A stretch of DNA of 64,000 nt from the human T2T-CHM13v2.0 reference genome, Homo sapiens. Positions 26,622-39,322 of the stretch are shown piece after piece (position 1 is the stretch's first letter; each line of letters starts with the position of its first letter). The translations under genes were made by a program, and so were the position numbers. Where the stretch lies: assembly GCF_009914755.1 (NCBI RefSeq), contig NC_060947.1, one strand, 5' to 3'. The notes beneath the pieces are model-generated. The model was given only the letters and a program-made list of their open reading frames with translations. It did no database searches and was not told the origin of the DNA.

Positions 26622-29600
26622 TAGATTGAGCTTGAAATTTTTAAATATGCTATACGTTTATTCATTTTGTTTTTCATCTGTTCATTTCTAATAGTTATGT
26701 TAAATATTCTGATATGATTGTAGATTTATTTTGCTTCACATTCTATTCAGAATTTCTGTGTGTTTTTAGTTGAGGGGTGGATATTAGCTTAATGCCATGT
26801 TGCCAAATCTGAACAAGATCATTTATCCTTTCAGAAGATACAGAAATGAAGATCTCAATAATCCTTAGAAATCACACATTCTGTTAGGTAAAAAGAGAGA
26901 GGTTAACACTTGGTCCTAGACTCTAGTTGTTACAGTTGGAAAGGATCTTATAGATTCTTCAATTTCCAGTTATCTTCTAATTTCTCTATGTTAAAGTACT
27001 GCTCCCCTCAAATGAATAATAGATTCAAACCTTGGCTCTTTGACTTATTTTTATGCAAGATATTGAGACAAAGAGATATTTTCCTTAGGAACTACAAAAT
27101 TACTATTTTTATTAATTGTAAAATACCATAAAGACATTTTCAAATAATAGTCCGTTTTTAATCCATTAGAAAAAACTAAAGGGGAAGGAGAATAAAGCAA
27201 GTTTATTTCAGAGATTTAGTTAAGAGAGGGAGAGAGGCACAGAGATAGCACAAGACAGACACAGAGAGACAGAGGGAATGTGCTCACCTAATAGTCCCAG
27301 GGTCAAAAGAAAGTTACTACTCATTTAAATCTGCCGGTTTTACCTACCTCTATTGTATTATAGTATGAAAAAAGATCTTCCTACTGACCCTAGTGAAAAT
27401 CCTAAATGATCAATGATTCAATTACATTCCCTTTGCTCAACTTACTAAGAAAATATCTAACAATTAGAATTAGAGTAAGGGGAGACTAGATTTAAATTTT
27501 AATTAGTAGGAAAATTAAATTAACTAAATCCTCCATTCTCAAAGTACTTTGGAGAATTGAGATTTTACTGCAATAAATAAAATTCTGACTGGATTTTTAC
27601 TGAATAGGAAATTTCTCCTTGTGCTCTCATTCAAAGCTCGGTATAAATGCTATTTAGCATGTGTTTTTAATTTTTCAAAGACATATCTAATAAAAAGCAG
27701 CTATGAAGAATGCCTTTGCTTCATCTTTTTATCAAGTGATTTTGTTCAAGAAATTCTGTGTATCTGGTGTTCTGCTAGGATACACAAACACACACACATA
27801 TATGTAAATATGTGTATATATGCATAAGCTTTATACATATATTCAATAATCTTAAACTGTGCCCTCAAGTCAAAATCTAAAATATTTAGTCAAACAGCAA
27901 CGGGCTTCAGCATTTGCATGTCCCTTAAAACCATAGGTTTCAAAAGAAGTTTTTGCCTCTAAAGAGAAGAATCAAAACAATAATGACAAAAGAAACATAA
28001 AATATTTTGTAGACGGAGTTACAAATTAAAAAGCATTCCTGTCTTATCATTTACCTTCAAAAAGTGCTTTTCAAGTGTTTCCTTTCCAGAGCTACAGATG
28101 GTCTTTGCCATTTAGCATCCTGATCCCTGTTAGAAGAAGCCAATTAATATCATATCCCTATACTTCTAATCAAGGCTGCCCTAATAGTGTTCTGCTGAGT
28201 GAACTGTTGCTGATTAACTGAAAATTAGTGAGTGAAGCTAACGATTTTCTCTCTAGACCCTGTGGACCCATAAAAATGTTCATTTGAATTAAGGATAGTT
28301 AATTATGGTGTATGATTTGCCAGTAGACTGAACTTACTGAGTCCCTGTGAGGAGCCCAGGTTGGGGTGGTTGATTTGATGCAGGCTGGCAAATCTCTCTT
28401 TCAAAGTCTGCTGTTTTCCTCTTAGCTCATTTCTCTTCCAGGCATTTCCAGGAGATATGTCTGGCAGCTCGTTCACTCAGCTTACAAGAAAAAAACTCCC
28501 CAGTGTATCACGAGGGGAAGAGCAAAATATGAACCTTTCGTCACTGGCAAAGTGTTCCTTGGTGAGCAGCACAATTTCTGGGGGTTGACAAAGATCATTT
28601 TAATTTTAATGTGCTTTTAAGCTACTGAAACACATTGCAATCAACATGGATATGATGTATACGAGTATGCCGCCCAGGTTATGCTGCAGCTGTCACAGAA
28701 CGATGAACAGATGTGAAGAAGATGCACTTTCAGACTGCTGGTCTTTCAAGGCCCCAAGAGAAACAAAAGATGGTTAGCAAGAATATTTGAGTAAGAGCAG
28801 TAAGGAAAATCTCTAATTCAGTGAGACAAAACATGGCTATGCAGTGAAATGTCAAAGAGAGAAAATGCAAACCTACTGAATGTGAGATATTGAAATTCAG
28901 GTTGCCTTTTTCCTCAGATTTCAAGCTACAGTTTTACACATGGTATTGTTTTGTAGCCATGTCATTTTGGTACTTCAATAATTAAGCCCCTGGAGGAAAA
29001 TTTAAGATGGACTTGACTTTTACTATAAGGTATGAAGGCTGGCATACCTAAAATATATCTATCTTAGATTTATTTAGCATATTCTAAAAGAGACTGCCTA
29101 GGCTTTTCTTGCAATACTCATGTGCATGATAAAACAGGAGGGAAATATAATTTATAAGCCAAAAATCAATAGTCTCTTGTTAAAGGGACTTTGGTAATCT
29201 TCCATTTCTATTAACTAAACCTACCTTTTCTAGATATAGAGGGCTCTAGGGCCCTAGTGAAGTTTTCTCTAAGACCTCCCCTCTGGTTTATATTTGAGTT
29301 CAGTGCCTTGTACTAAAGAGATTGCCTATATAACAGAAACAAGAGTGAAACATCGAACCTTGTTTTGAGCTGAAGAAGATTAACTTTTTTATTTTTTAAA
29401 GATTTCCTCAAGTGAGGAATATGGAAGTTCAGAAATGGTTGCAGGTGTGAGCAAATTAGAAATTAGACAAGCCCAAAAACATAATTTCAAGAGCCTCTTA
29501 AAACCAATAATGCAATGTTTTCAATGATATGCAGAGATAATCATTGAACAAGAGGCACTCAGGATTAAAAAAGAAATAGCAGAGAAATTTGTTGAAATGT

Positions 29601-30794
29601 TTTTAAGGTTTTACCAAGGTAGATGTTGTGAGGCATCCAGGAGTGGTTGAATTAACCACACTTTCAACTGACTGAGCTTGGTTGAAGCCCTAACATCCCC
29701 ACTAATGATTGATTTGTGTATTTTGGTTGACTCACGTATCTTCTAGTCGGTTTGAGGAACTATTACATGCCAGTAGCTGATCTTTCTATAGATAAATAAA
29801 TTAGTTTTAATTAATAAGGTCTGGCCAATAAGGTTTAAAATGAGAGCTGAGGAAGAGCATAGGTTCAATTTCATAGCCTTGCCTTTCTTTTGCTCTCCTT
29901 TATGTAGAAGGAGGTGTCTGGGTATTAGCTTTAAGGTGACTCCATCCCTCTTTTCTTACTTAGCAGGAATGACTACAAATTGAGTTAGGACACCACCATT
30001 AAAAAAAAAAAAAAAACAACAACAACCATAACCCCTAAAAGGTTTTGCTATTTGGCATAGGAAGTCCATTTGTATTATGTAGTTTAGTTCTGCTCATTGT
30101 TCCTGGAGGAAGATGTAAAAAAGACAGAAAAGTTCAAAAGAGTAGCAACTAAAATGATCAGGGGGCTTCCACAGTGTATTGGAATCAAGTAAAAGTCTTC
30201 AAAAGAATCATCAAACTTATAGATTCCTTCACACTCCAATGAGTTTATAAAGCTAGCATTTGTAGTTGACAATTACTATTTAAAGAGTGTTTTCATATAT
30301 ATAATCTTCCAGCAGCCTGGATAAAGACATCAAGGCAGGTATTATCTCTATTTTACAGAAGAAAAAATGGAGGTCTGAGAGATGCTACGACTTTTTCAAA
30401 TTCTGACGGTCATTGGTAACTGGAAGAAGCCAGCCTTGTAACCTAATCTCATCCTTTTCCACTCTTCCAAATTGATTGGATTAACATATCCCCATTCAGT
30501 CTTGACAGGGAATAGCCAGAATGAATTTTCCCAGTCTCTGCTCTGTCTCTAATCATATGTTCCCTTTGACATGCAATTGATAGTGTATACTTCAATGTCT
30601 CTATTGTCTTGTTTCTAATCATTTCATGTGCTGTGGATGTACCTATCATCATTATATCTACCTTGAGATCAGAAGTCTTCAAAGAAAGATGGCGATTGTT
30701 ATAAGCTTTGCTCAACAAAATTGTATTAAAATAATTTGAATGACCTTTCGTTGTTGGCGTCTGGGATGTTAGAGAGGATTTAAGTGGCCTGGAT

Positions 30795-31015
30795 CAGGTG
30801 TCAGCAAGCTATGTTCCATGGGCCAAATCTACTTGCTGCCTACTTTTGTAAATAAAGTTTTATTGGAACACAGCCATGCTCATTTATGCATTGTCTAGGT
30901 CTGTGTTTGTACTACAGTGGCAGAGTTGGGTGGTTTTAACAGAAATGTACAGCCTGAAAAGCTTAAAATATTTACTATCTGACCATTTACAGAAAAAAAA
31001 TTTACCAACCATAGG
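30795..31015 (+). mobile_element. MER58A MITE
   Basis: GGGCCAAATC...TTTTGTAAATAAAGTTTTATTGGAACACAGCCATGCTCATTT...AAAATATTTACTATCTGACCATTTACAGAAAAA. Confidence 0.9.
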
Positions 31016-31899
31016 CCTAGACAATTAATTATATATAATTAGTCCCTGAAAAATGACTAAGGAACAAGCAATACAGAGTGTGTTGTCTTCTGTTTCTTTC
31101 TAGAAATTTGACATCTTGGGACCTGTTGTTATTTGAGGGAGAAATAGTGTTTTTTGGTAAAGAAAATAGGAGGTAGATAGAAGAAATTCCAAGAGCATTT
31201 CAGAAGGGGAGTTATATTTAGAAGCATTGTTCTTCCACAGTCAATCAAGGTAATGAAAGGGAGAATTGCCTGAGGTGAAGGTGTGAACTAGGGCATAACA
31301 TTCTAGAAGTGTTTGTAAGAAGCTGATTGGTACCCAATATATTAAATAGTGAATTTACTAATGCCAATCAAACCCAAACTTTTTTGTTTAAAAATGATTT
31401 AAATTATTACAGTCTATTTATGTTTGCTTTTAGTAAGGAAAAGAGTAGTAGTAGATTTTATTACAGGAGTAAATTCTGAATCTTGGGACATGGATTCAAC
31501 TAAAGTAGAAGTTACTTTTGATTGGTGTTTGCACAAATTGTTTTGCACCAGCTATTATAAAAACCAACTTTTAATATCCCATATTTTGAGATTTATGGAG
31601 GTGACTTTCCTTTTCTTTGGAGATGATGAATGTGTGCCGACTGGTATTGCTGTTTGATTATAGATGGCTAGCTGTGAGGAATGTGGAAATGATCTCAGCC
31701 ATTTAAACCTCAAGGCAATCTCCCCATGTGACCTAAAAGGTGTGCATTTTATTTATGTAGCTATTTTACCTACTCACTCAGATTTCTATTGCACTTAGAA
31801 ATTCCCAAGTGAAATGTCTACAGTTATTTTGTAAAAGTCTTGAAATAATATTCCCTTCCTTCTCATTCTCGCTCCCAGGAAATTTTTGCTTAAAGCAGC

Positions 31900-32460
31900 A
31901 TTTGTGAAATAGCACATGGGAGGTGCCATAGTATGGGTGAAAGAGAACAGGCTTCAGACTCAGGCATACCTGGAAGGCCCTTTGAAAAGTCATGATGTGT
32001 TCAGGAAACTGAAAATGACTCACCGGGGCTGGATAGTAGTGCTTAGTTGGGTGTGTGAACAATGACATGTCTGCAGAGGTGATTAGGAGCCAGATAATGA
32101 AGGATATTGTGTTCCATGCGAAGGAACTGAACAGTTATCAAGGTAATATGGCACCTCTGAAGGGTTTTAAGACAAGAGTATAACACAGTAAAATTTATAA
32201 TCGTGAAAAACACTCTGGAAGTAGGGTAGATGACGGACTGAAATGTAAAGAGAGTGAGGGTAGTTAGAGATTTGAAGGACTGGTGTCGAAACTGAGGTTT
32301 TCAAGGAATAATAAGGTCTGCAGCTGGGAGTGTGTCTATGAGGGTAGGTGGCTGAGTTTAGGAGATGTTTGTGTGGCCTAATGGATAGAACGTAGCAATA
32401 TTAACAGATATGAGGGTGAGGGAAGAATGAATTTGGGGACTGAGTTGATTATAATAGTAA
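31900..32460 (-). mobile_element. L2 remnant
   Basis: GA-rich; GGAGCCAGATAATGAAGG...CCTCTGAAGGGTTTTAAG...CACTCTGG L2-like motifs. Confidence 0.55.
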
Positions 32461-32744
32461 ATTACAGAGGAGAAGAAAGATTAATGCCTATCTTACTATT
32501 GCATGCCCAGAACCTCACCCCACTAAGCAGAGTGTTTCTGTGTTTAGAATGTAACAATAGGAGAAAACAGAAGTAAAGAAAACAAAAATCTGGGTGCTAA
32601 TGACGGTGACAGCAGGAAAAAGGAAGGATCTATAAAGATAGTACACATAGCTGCAAACACAGTTGCCAAGTACCAGCATGAAAAATTGAGACAACATGGT
32701 CTCCAAGGGCAGTGTCTATCTCTAGACGACTATGCCTATACAGA

Positions 32745-33200
32745 GTTTCCTTCTGTAAAGAGAATATCCACCGAGGTTCCCCAGAACCAAAACTTCAGAC
32801 TAAGGTTTCAGCCCACATTTAGGAGGTAATTACCAGCAGGGAGTGGAGAAACAAGAAAGAAAAGCAAAAGTGGTCAATATGAAGTGTGTTAATGATTGGT
32901 TACCACTGTGGGAAACTAGGACTGAATCCTATTGAGAACCTCTGGGAAACTGGGTAGAACATGCCTCATCATTGTTCTACCTGAAGGGCAAGGAGCGTTG
33001 AGTATTCATCTACCAGTTCTACTTCGTCATTGATTACTGGGTTAACCAATGGTAACTTCCTGACACTTCCAACCAGCCCTGGGCTTTGGTCATGCATACT
33101 GCATTGGGCAAAAATTCCCTGAGACAGGGAGTTGTGGTTGTTGGAACTATGAATGCCAAAACGATATGAGCAGAGTTCTGACAGATACTCCTGCATATAC
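32745..33200. mobile_element. Ancient ERVL-class LTR (LTR16-like)
   Basis: AGGTTCCCCAGAACCAAAACTTCAGACTAAGG; GTTACCACTGTGGGAAACTAGGACTGAATCC. Confidence 0.55.
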
Positions 33201-33944
33201 ACACACCCTAACATGGTTAGTACATCTATTGTACCTGTATTTTGAGTTTGAAATGGTAGAGTTTTACTTAAAATTAGACAAGTTACTTCTATGAAGCAGA
33301 TTTTCCATCTTTTTTTAACCTATCTCTCTGTATAGACCTACTGGGATCTAGAAGATTCAAATTTCAAGGCTGTGTCCATTGTATATTGGTAACATTAGTA
33401 AATGGTGATCTATGGTGATGGAATCTTTTGAACAACTGCTGAAACTATAAAGACAGGTATGAAAAGTCAAATGAAACTGTTAAAGCAACTCAGATGTATC
33501 TGGAGAAAGAACACATTCTGTACTCCAAAATGTTACCATTTCCTAAAATTACACTACCAAGATCTGTGAGTTACACATAATATAAATATTTAGTTGTTGA
33601 TTTCAAAAGAAAAGAAAATGAATACACCAGTATACAAGATGCTTAAGACCTAGTAAAGTAGCCCTCCCAACTCTTTATTTGAAAGTGAAAATAAGAAATT
33701 AAATGGAAAGATGAGTTGAAAGAGAACAAGGATATGGAGAGTCATATATAAGATGGAAGAATTGGATTGACTGATGAGTTACCTGGAAATGAGAAAAAAA
33801 GCATTAAGCTCAACTTATGGCAATCCAGTGAAGTATGTTTCCGTTTTTAGTATTTTACTTTATCTCTTCTAGTTCCCTCTTTAAATGCAAAGACACTGGA
33901 AATGAGTTGGTAAGTAAGTCATTCCTACTAGGGTATGCTAACTT

Positions 33945-34130
33945 GTAGCCCTGTTTGTTTCTGCCACTCACTGGCTATATAGCCTTGGGTAAGTTACTTA
34001 ACCTCTCTGTATCTCAGTTTCCTTATTTGGAAAAATTGGTGATAATAATTGTACCTACCTCATAGGTTATGAGGATGAATACATTTGCATATGAAAATTA
34101 CTTACAGTGCTTGACACATAATAAGAAATA
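33945..34130 (+). mobile_element. MIR
   Basis: CTGCCACTCACTGGCTAT...CCTTGGGTAAGTTACTTAACCTCTCTGTATCTCAGTTTCCTTAT core. Confidence 0.85.
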
Positions 34131-35943
34131 CATTCATCTCTTCTGGATAATAAGCAAAATGAATTCAAATTGTTATAGCTTATGGAATTTGACATAAATC
34201 ACACAGAAGTGTATCACAGTGTTATTTTTAATGATTTTTAACATTCAAAATAATTGATAAAAAAATTTGGCATTCCAGAGCCAAAACAAAAAGCAATGGT
34301 GGGAGTTACAGTTCTAACAGAAGGAAGTTTTAGTTATTAGAGCTGTCAAACAATGAAATAGATTGCCTTTGAAGTCATGTGTTGGATGACATGGGAAATA
34401 TGTAACAGACTGGATGACTGCTTCTTACTGATGCTGGAGAGGAGGTTTGTGCATCAGAGAAAAGGTGTAAGTAAATGACCCTTTCAGGTCTTTCTAATTT
34501 TCAGTCAATGATTTCACAATTTGGCTCTAAGCCCTCTTTCTAATATTATATCTTATTGTTTCCTCATGCAAATCCTCTGCCTTAGACACCCAAGCACACT
34601 CATAAACACTTAACAAGTTTCATGCTTTCTCACCATTTGAATTTTCTGCCACTTTCTCCACTTTGTCTTTATCTTTACAGTATAGGCCAAACATTTTGAA
34701 AGTAAAAGTCTTAGTAAAAGTTATAAAGTATATGGTATATTAAAGCTTAATTTCCATGTACAATATTATTAGGACTTGGTTTTTCATAGCTATGCTATGC
34801 TTGAACCTGAAATACTTAAATGAATACATATGAAAGATGAAAAGATGAGTTACCTCCCCACCCATACATACTCATTTAGAAAGGGATAATCTGTGTGGGC
34901 TAACACACTTGAATTAGTAAAAATATCTCCAATCTTTTAGATTTTTTACTTATATTACAATTCACTTCTGAAGATGTGTAGACTTCAACATTAAAATTAA
35001 ATAAGAAATAAAAGGATGTCTTTATACAATGCTTCGTCAAAAATATATATGTTAATACTTCCTTATGGAGGAAAGATTTCTGGGAGAAACGAAGGCAAGG
35101 GAATGAGCTGCTGGTGATTAGTTGGTTTAATAGTTTTACATATTTGTCGTCAGAATCCTTTAAACCAAAGCTTGGTGGGAGGCACAGTTTGAAAACTTAG
35201 AGTTGCTTTAATTAAGGAGGTGGTGGGAGAAAAGAAGATCCTGCCTGGAAGACTAAGAAGGTAATGGGAGTGCTCTTTAAAGCTGTGCCAAAGAGGTTCA
35301 CAATACCTTTTTGCCATGAGAATCAGGACCATTTTCCTGTCCCGAGGGCAGCATGGGCTTGTTCTCACAGTCATTCAGAAGGGCAAATGAGAAGTTTTGT
35401 GTGTGCCTATGAGCTAAATAATCATTTTCAACTAGCTTTGTGGATTACAACGTCATTTTGTGACACAACTTGAGACTCTACACTGACTCCTCCATGTGGA
35501 TTTCAAAACCCCTAAATTATGCCCCACCATCTTGATTTCCTAGTATTTTATATAAACTCACATCAATTTTTCCCCAATATTTTATTACGCAGGACCTGAA
35601 GTTTTCCTGGGGAAAAAGTATTAGTGCTAAAATATGCATTTTTCTATTGGAAATAATAAAATAGTCCAAAGATATTTCCCCTTTTCCATAAAATTCCAAG
35701 GGAAACCCACTTAGAAAATTTAGAGTGTAATTGAAGAATTCTACTGAGCATACATGACATAAAGTTAAACAATACTTGGGTAGAAAAATGTTTGGAGATC
35801 CCTGTCAGGACATAATTTTTCTGTTATTTAATGAAAAAGATGACTTGCTATGGTTTTTAAATCTGCTTAAATGTGTTTCATTTGATCACATTAATATTTG
35901 TACAGTTATTTTTCCATTACTCATGAAACACTAAAAACACTAA

Positions 35944-36318
<375 letters not shown>

Positions 36319-36738
36319 CAAAACTTTTTATGATATATTAATAATATGTTTGACAAAGCAAATACTTTCAGTGTAATTATTCACATTGACTGAAAGAATC
36401 CTTTACTACAGCCCTCTATCTTATTGCTCACATAGATGATTCATTAAAAATCTAGATATATAGATGGCTAGACATGAATGTGGTATGGTTCTCAGAGCAT
36501 AAGGTCTCCTAGATGGAGTAACGGAGGAGCATAACCTCTCCGTTACTCAAGGACTACTCTTATGCCTCCATCTCTAACTCATGGGAGGAATAGGAACATT
36601 GAACAGAGATTTGGTGCCTTCCTTTACTCACAGCTTGTACACAACTCACTGTGATGGTGATGTGTTTAGCCTGTGAACCTATGTAACAGAACTCGACAGG
36701 CAAAAAAATAGTTTCCTTCCACATTAAAAAGCAAACAG

Positions 36739-37095
36739 TGCAGCCATAGAAAAGAACGAGATCATGTCTTTTGCAGGAACATGGATGGAGCTGAATGCTA
36801 TTATCCTCAGCAAACTAATACAGGAAAAGAAAACCAAATACTACGTGTTCTCACTTATAAGTGGAAGCTAAATGATGAGAGCTTATGAACACAAAGAAGG
36901 AAACAACAGACACTGGGGGTCTACTTGAGAGTGGAGGGAGGGAGGAGGGAGAGGAGCAGAAGAGGTAACTATCGGGTACTGGGCTTAACCCCTGGGTGAT
37001 AAAATAATTTGTATAACAAACCCCCATGACATGAGTTTTCCTATGTAACAAACCTTCACATGTACCCCCAAACCTAAAATGCTAAAAAAAAACCA
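36739..37095 (+). mobile_element. Older L1PA (PA10-13-like) 3' end
   Basis: GCAGCCATAGAAAAGAACGAGATCATGTC...CACATGTACCCCCAAACCTAAAAT. Confidence 0.88.
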
Positions 37096-39215
37096 AAAAA
37101 CACCCCAAAACAAAAAAATCTTTACCCCCAAAACCAAATAAAAACCCCCCTTGTTTTATCTAAATCATTATTAAATGCAGTCCTTCCTTAAAATTTTTAC
37201 ATTTTGTTATATTTACATAACGATAAAATCATTTCCCACTTGATATAAGAACAAAAATCTGTTAATTCATTATATTATTAGAATAAGCAAATTAATTACT
37301 GCTAACATCAAATTCATTTTAATTTCCATGACCGTCATATAGAGTTCTATACATAGAGAGTGGAACTCCACAATGAAAACGTGCTTAACTCTTTTTATTT
37401 CCTCCTCACAGCATGTTCTGCTTTAATGACATATTGAGGGAATAAAATACATGGAATTTTATTCTAGTATCAAGTGAGATTTTAAAATATATGTGAAAAT
37501 ATTTGATAAATGCTTTTTTTCCTAATGGGTGCACTTAGAAATTATAGTTTTAGGTATATTTATATTTTGGCCATATAGTCTCTTAAATAAGTAAAACAAA
37601 GCATACTGTAACAAACTATTTTGGTCAAAACTCTAAACAGTATATAGACTTCAAAATAACTTACTCAAAATTCATGAGATTTAGATTTCATGCTCAACTT
37701 ATCAGGAGGAAACACATCCAAAATAGAAGTGGGTTGACTCTATAACTTCTACTCAATGGCTATATCTACATAACTGTGAATTAAAACAAACAAAAAACAA
37801 AAGCTAGAAAACTGAAATTGGTTCTTAGTCATTATGTCTAGTTATGACAAATCGAGACACTATGAGATGATTTTCTCCTCCGGAAACCAGGCATTCAAAG
37901 ACTTCCAGTGACTCAGGATGGGAGTGTACAGAAGAGAAAAGAGGAACGAAGAAAGCACTGATGCAAGAAGACACAATTCATCAATTCATAACCACACCCT
38001 GATCTCCACTACCATAGCATTACAGCCATGATCTCTTTCAGCCTTCTCTCTGCCACTATTGCCCTCAGTGCTGATTTTAATAGATTTTACCTCTTTAGGA
38101 TGGTAGTGATGAGGAGGGATACTGAACTACCGTGATTTGCCGTGAATTTTCCTAGGAAGGGCCCCAGGGGTCTGCCATGTAAGCGTAACAACTCTTATGT
38201 GAGTGTATCTCACTTTATACACAAACACTGTAATAATTTAATGTTATACATTTCTCAACCTGATATTATTTCCCTTTGATTATTTAGGTTGCACCTACCT
38301 CATGAGAAAGATTTGGAGAAGGTGTGAAAACTTTATCCCAAATCTTAGATGCTCTATAAATGTCTTCCATTTTATAAAGGCTATCTGAAAGAGAAGCAAG
38401 GACAATTCCGAAAAATTCTTCAATTTTAGGTTTGGTCAAACCAACAATAAATACAAAGAAATGGCTTCATCTGAGTAACTGATACTTCCAAGACTTGGCC
38501 ATTGCAGTCTTTTGTAGATTATATAATTTACTAGTTAGATTAAAAATTATGGCAGGAGGAAATCTTAGAATGCTTTGGCTACCTATCTACGGATACAAAA
38601 CCATGGTGTATAATTCCAACCTTATTAAAGCATTAGAACATTGGTTTTTAACTCTCTATTGGATTAGGACCAGGTATACTGGCACAGCTCAGTAAAACCT
38701 AAGATTGGAAATAATTTGAAATCTCAAAGTCATTGTCACCTTACCCATTTCACCTGGCTAATTACTTCCTCTCCTTTCATACAACCCAACAAATATGTAT
38801 TCACATTAGTGGGGAAAAGAAGCTCTCCCTATATTTACACAATGGAGTGATTTTTGCCCTTCTAATTAACCAGCATGAGTCAAACGTTTAAAAGGTTCCA
38901 GAAGAAACTGTGCCTTCAATTAACATTCACAGTTTCTAAATTAATCACTGCTGACCTTAACATGCAGGAGTCTTAAAGACATGTTTCACATTTAAAAAAT
39001 GGTAATTTTATTCAAAGAAATCTAACTACCTATGTTTCATAAGTGTTTGGTCATTGTTTTTCTCCTATCACTGCATAAGGAGTCCTAGAGTTTGGAGCAT
39101 TGTTTCATCACATCTCTGGATAAAAGCCCTACAAATGATCTTGAGCATGATAATGATATTGTCTTCAATATAAAAATTAATAGTGACTCATTATACACTT
39201 TGAAAAATCCATACC

Positions 39216-39322
39216 ATGCTCACTTCAGCAGCATATATACTAAAATTGGAATGATACAGAGAAGACTAGCATGATCCCTGTGCAAGGATGACACACAAAT
39301 TCATGAAGCATTCCATATTTTT
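39216..39322 (+). pseudogene. RNU6: Full-length U6 snRNA retro-pseudogene, 5' part of a U6-L1 chimera
   Basis: 107 nt matching recalled U6 (GTGCTCGCTTCGGCAGCAC...TTCCATATTTTT) with 12 transitions, 7 of them at CpGs. ACAGAGA box intact. No recognisable PSE/TATA promoter; directly preceded by the TSD. Confidence 0.97.

Noticed and set aside
39216-39322. Functional U6 gene
   Set aside because: All 7 CpGs have decayed, no upstream Pol III promoter is evident, and it is TSD-bounded and fused to L1.
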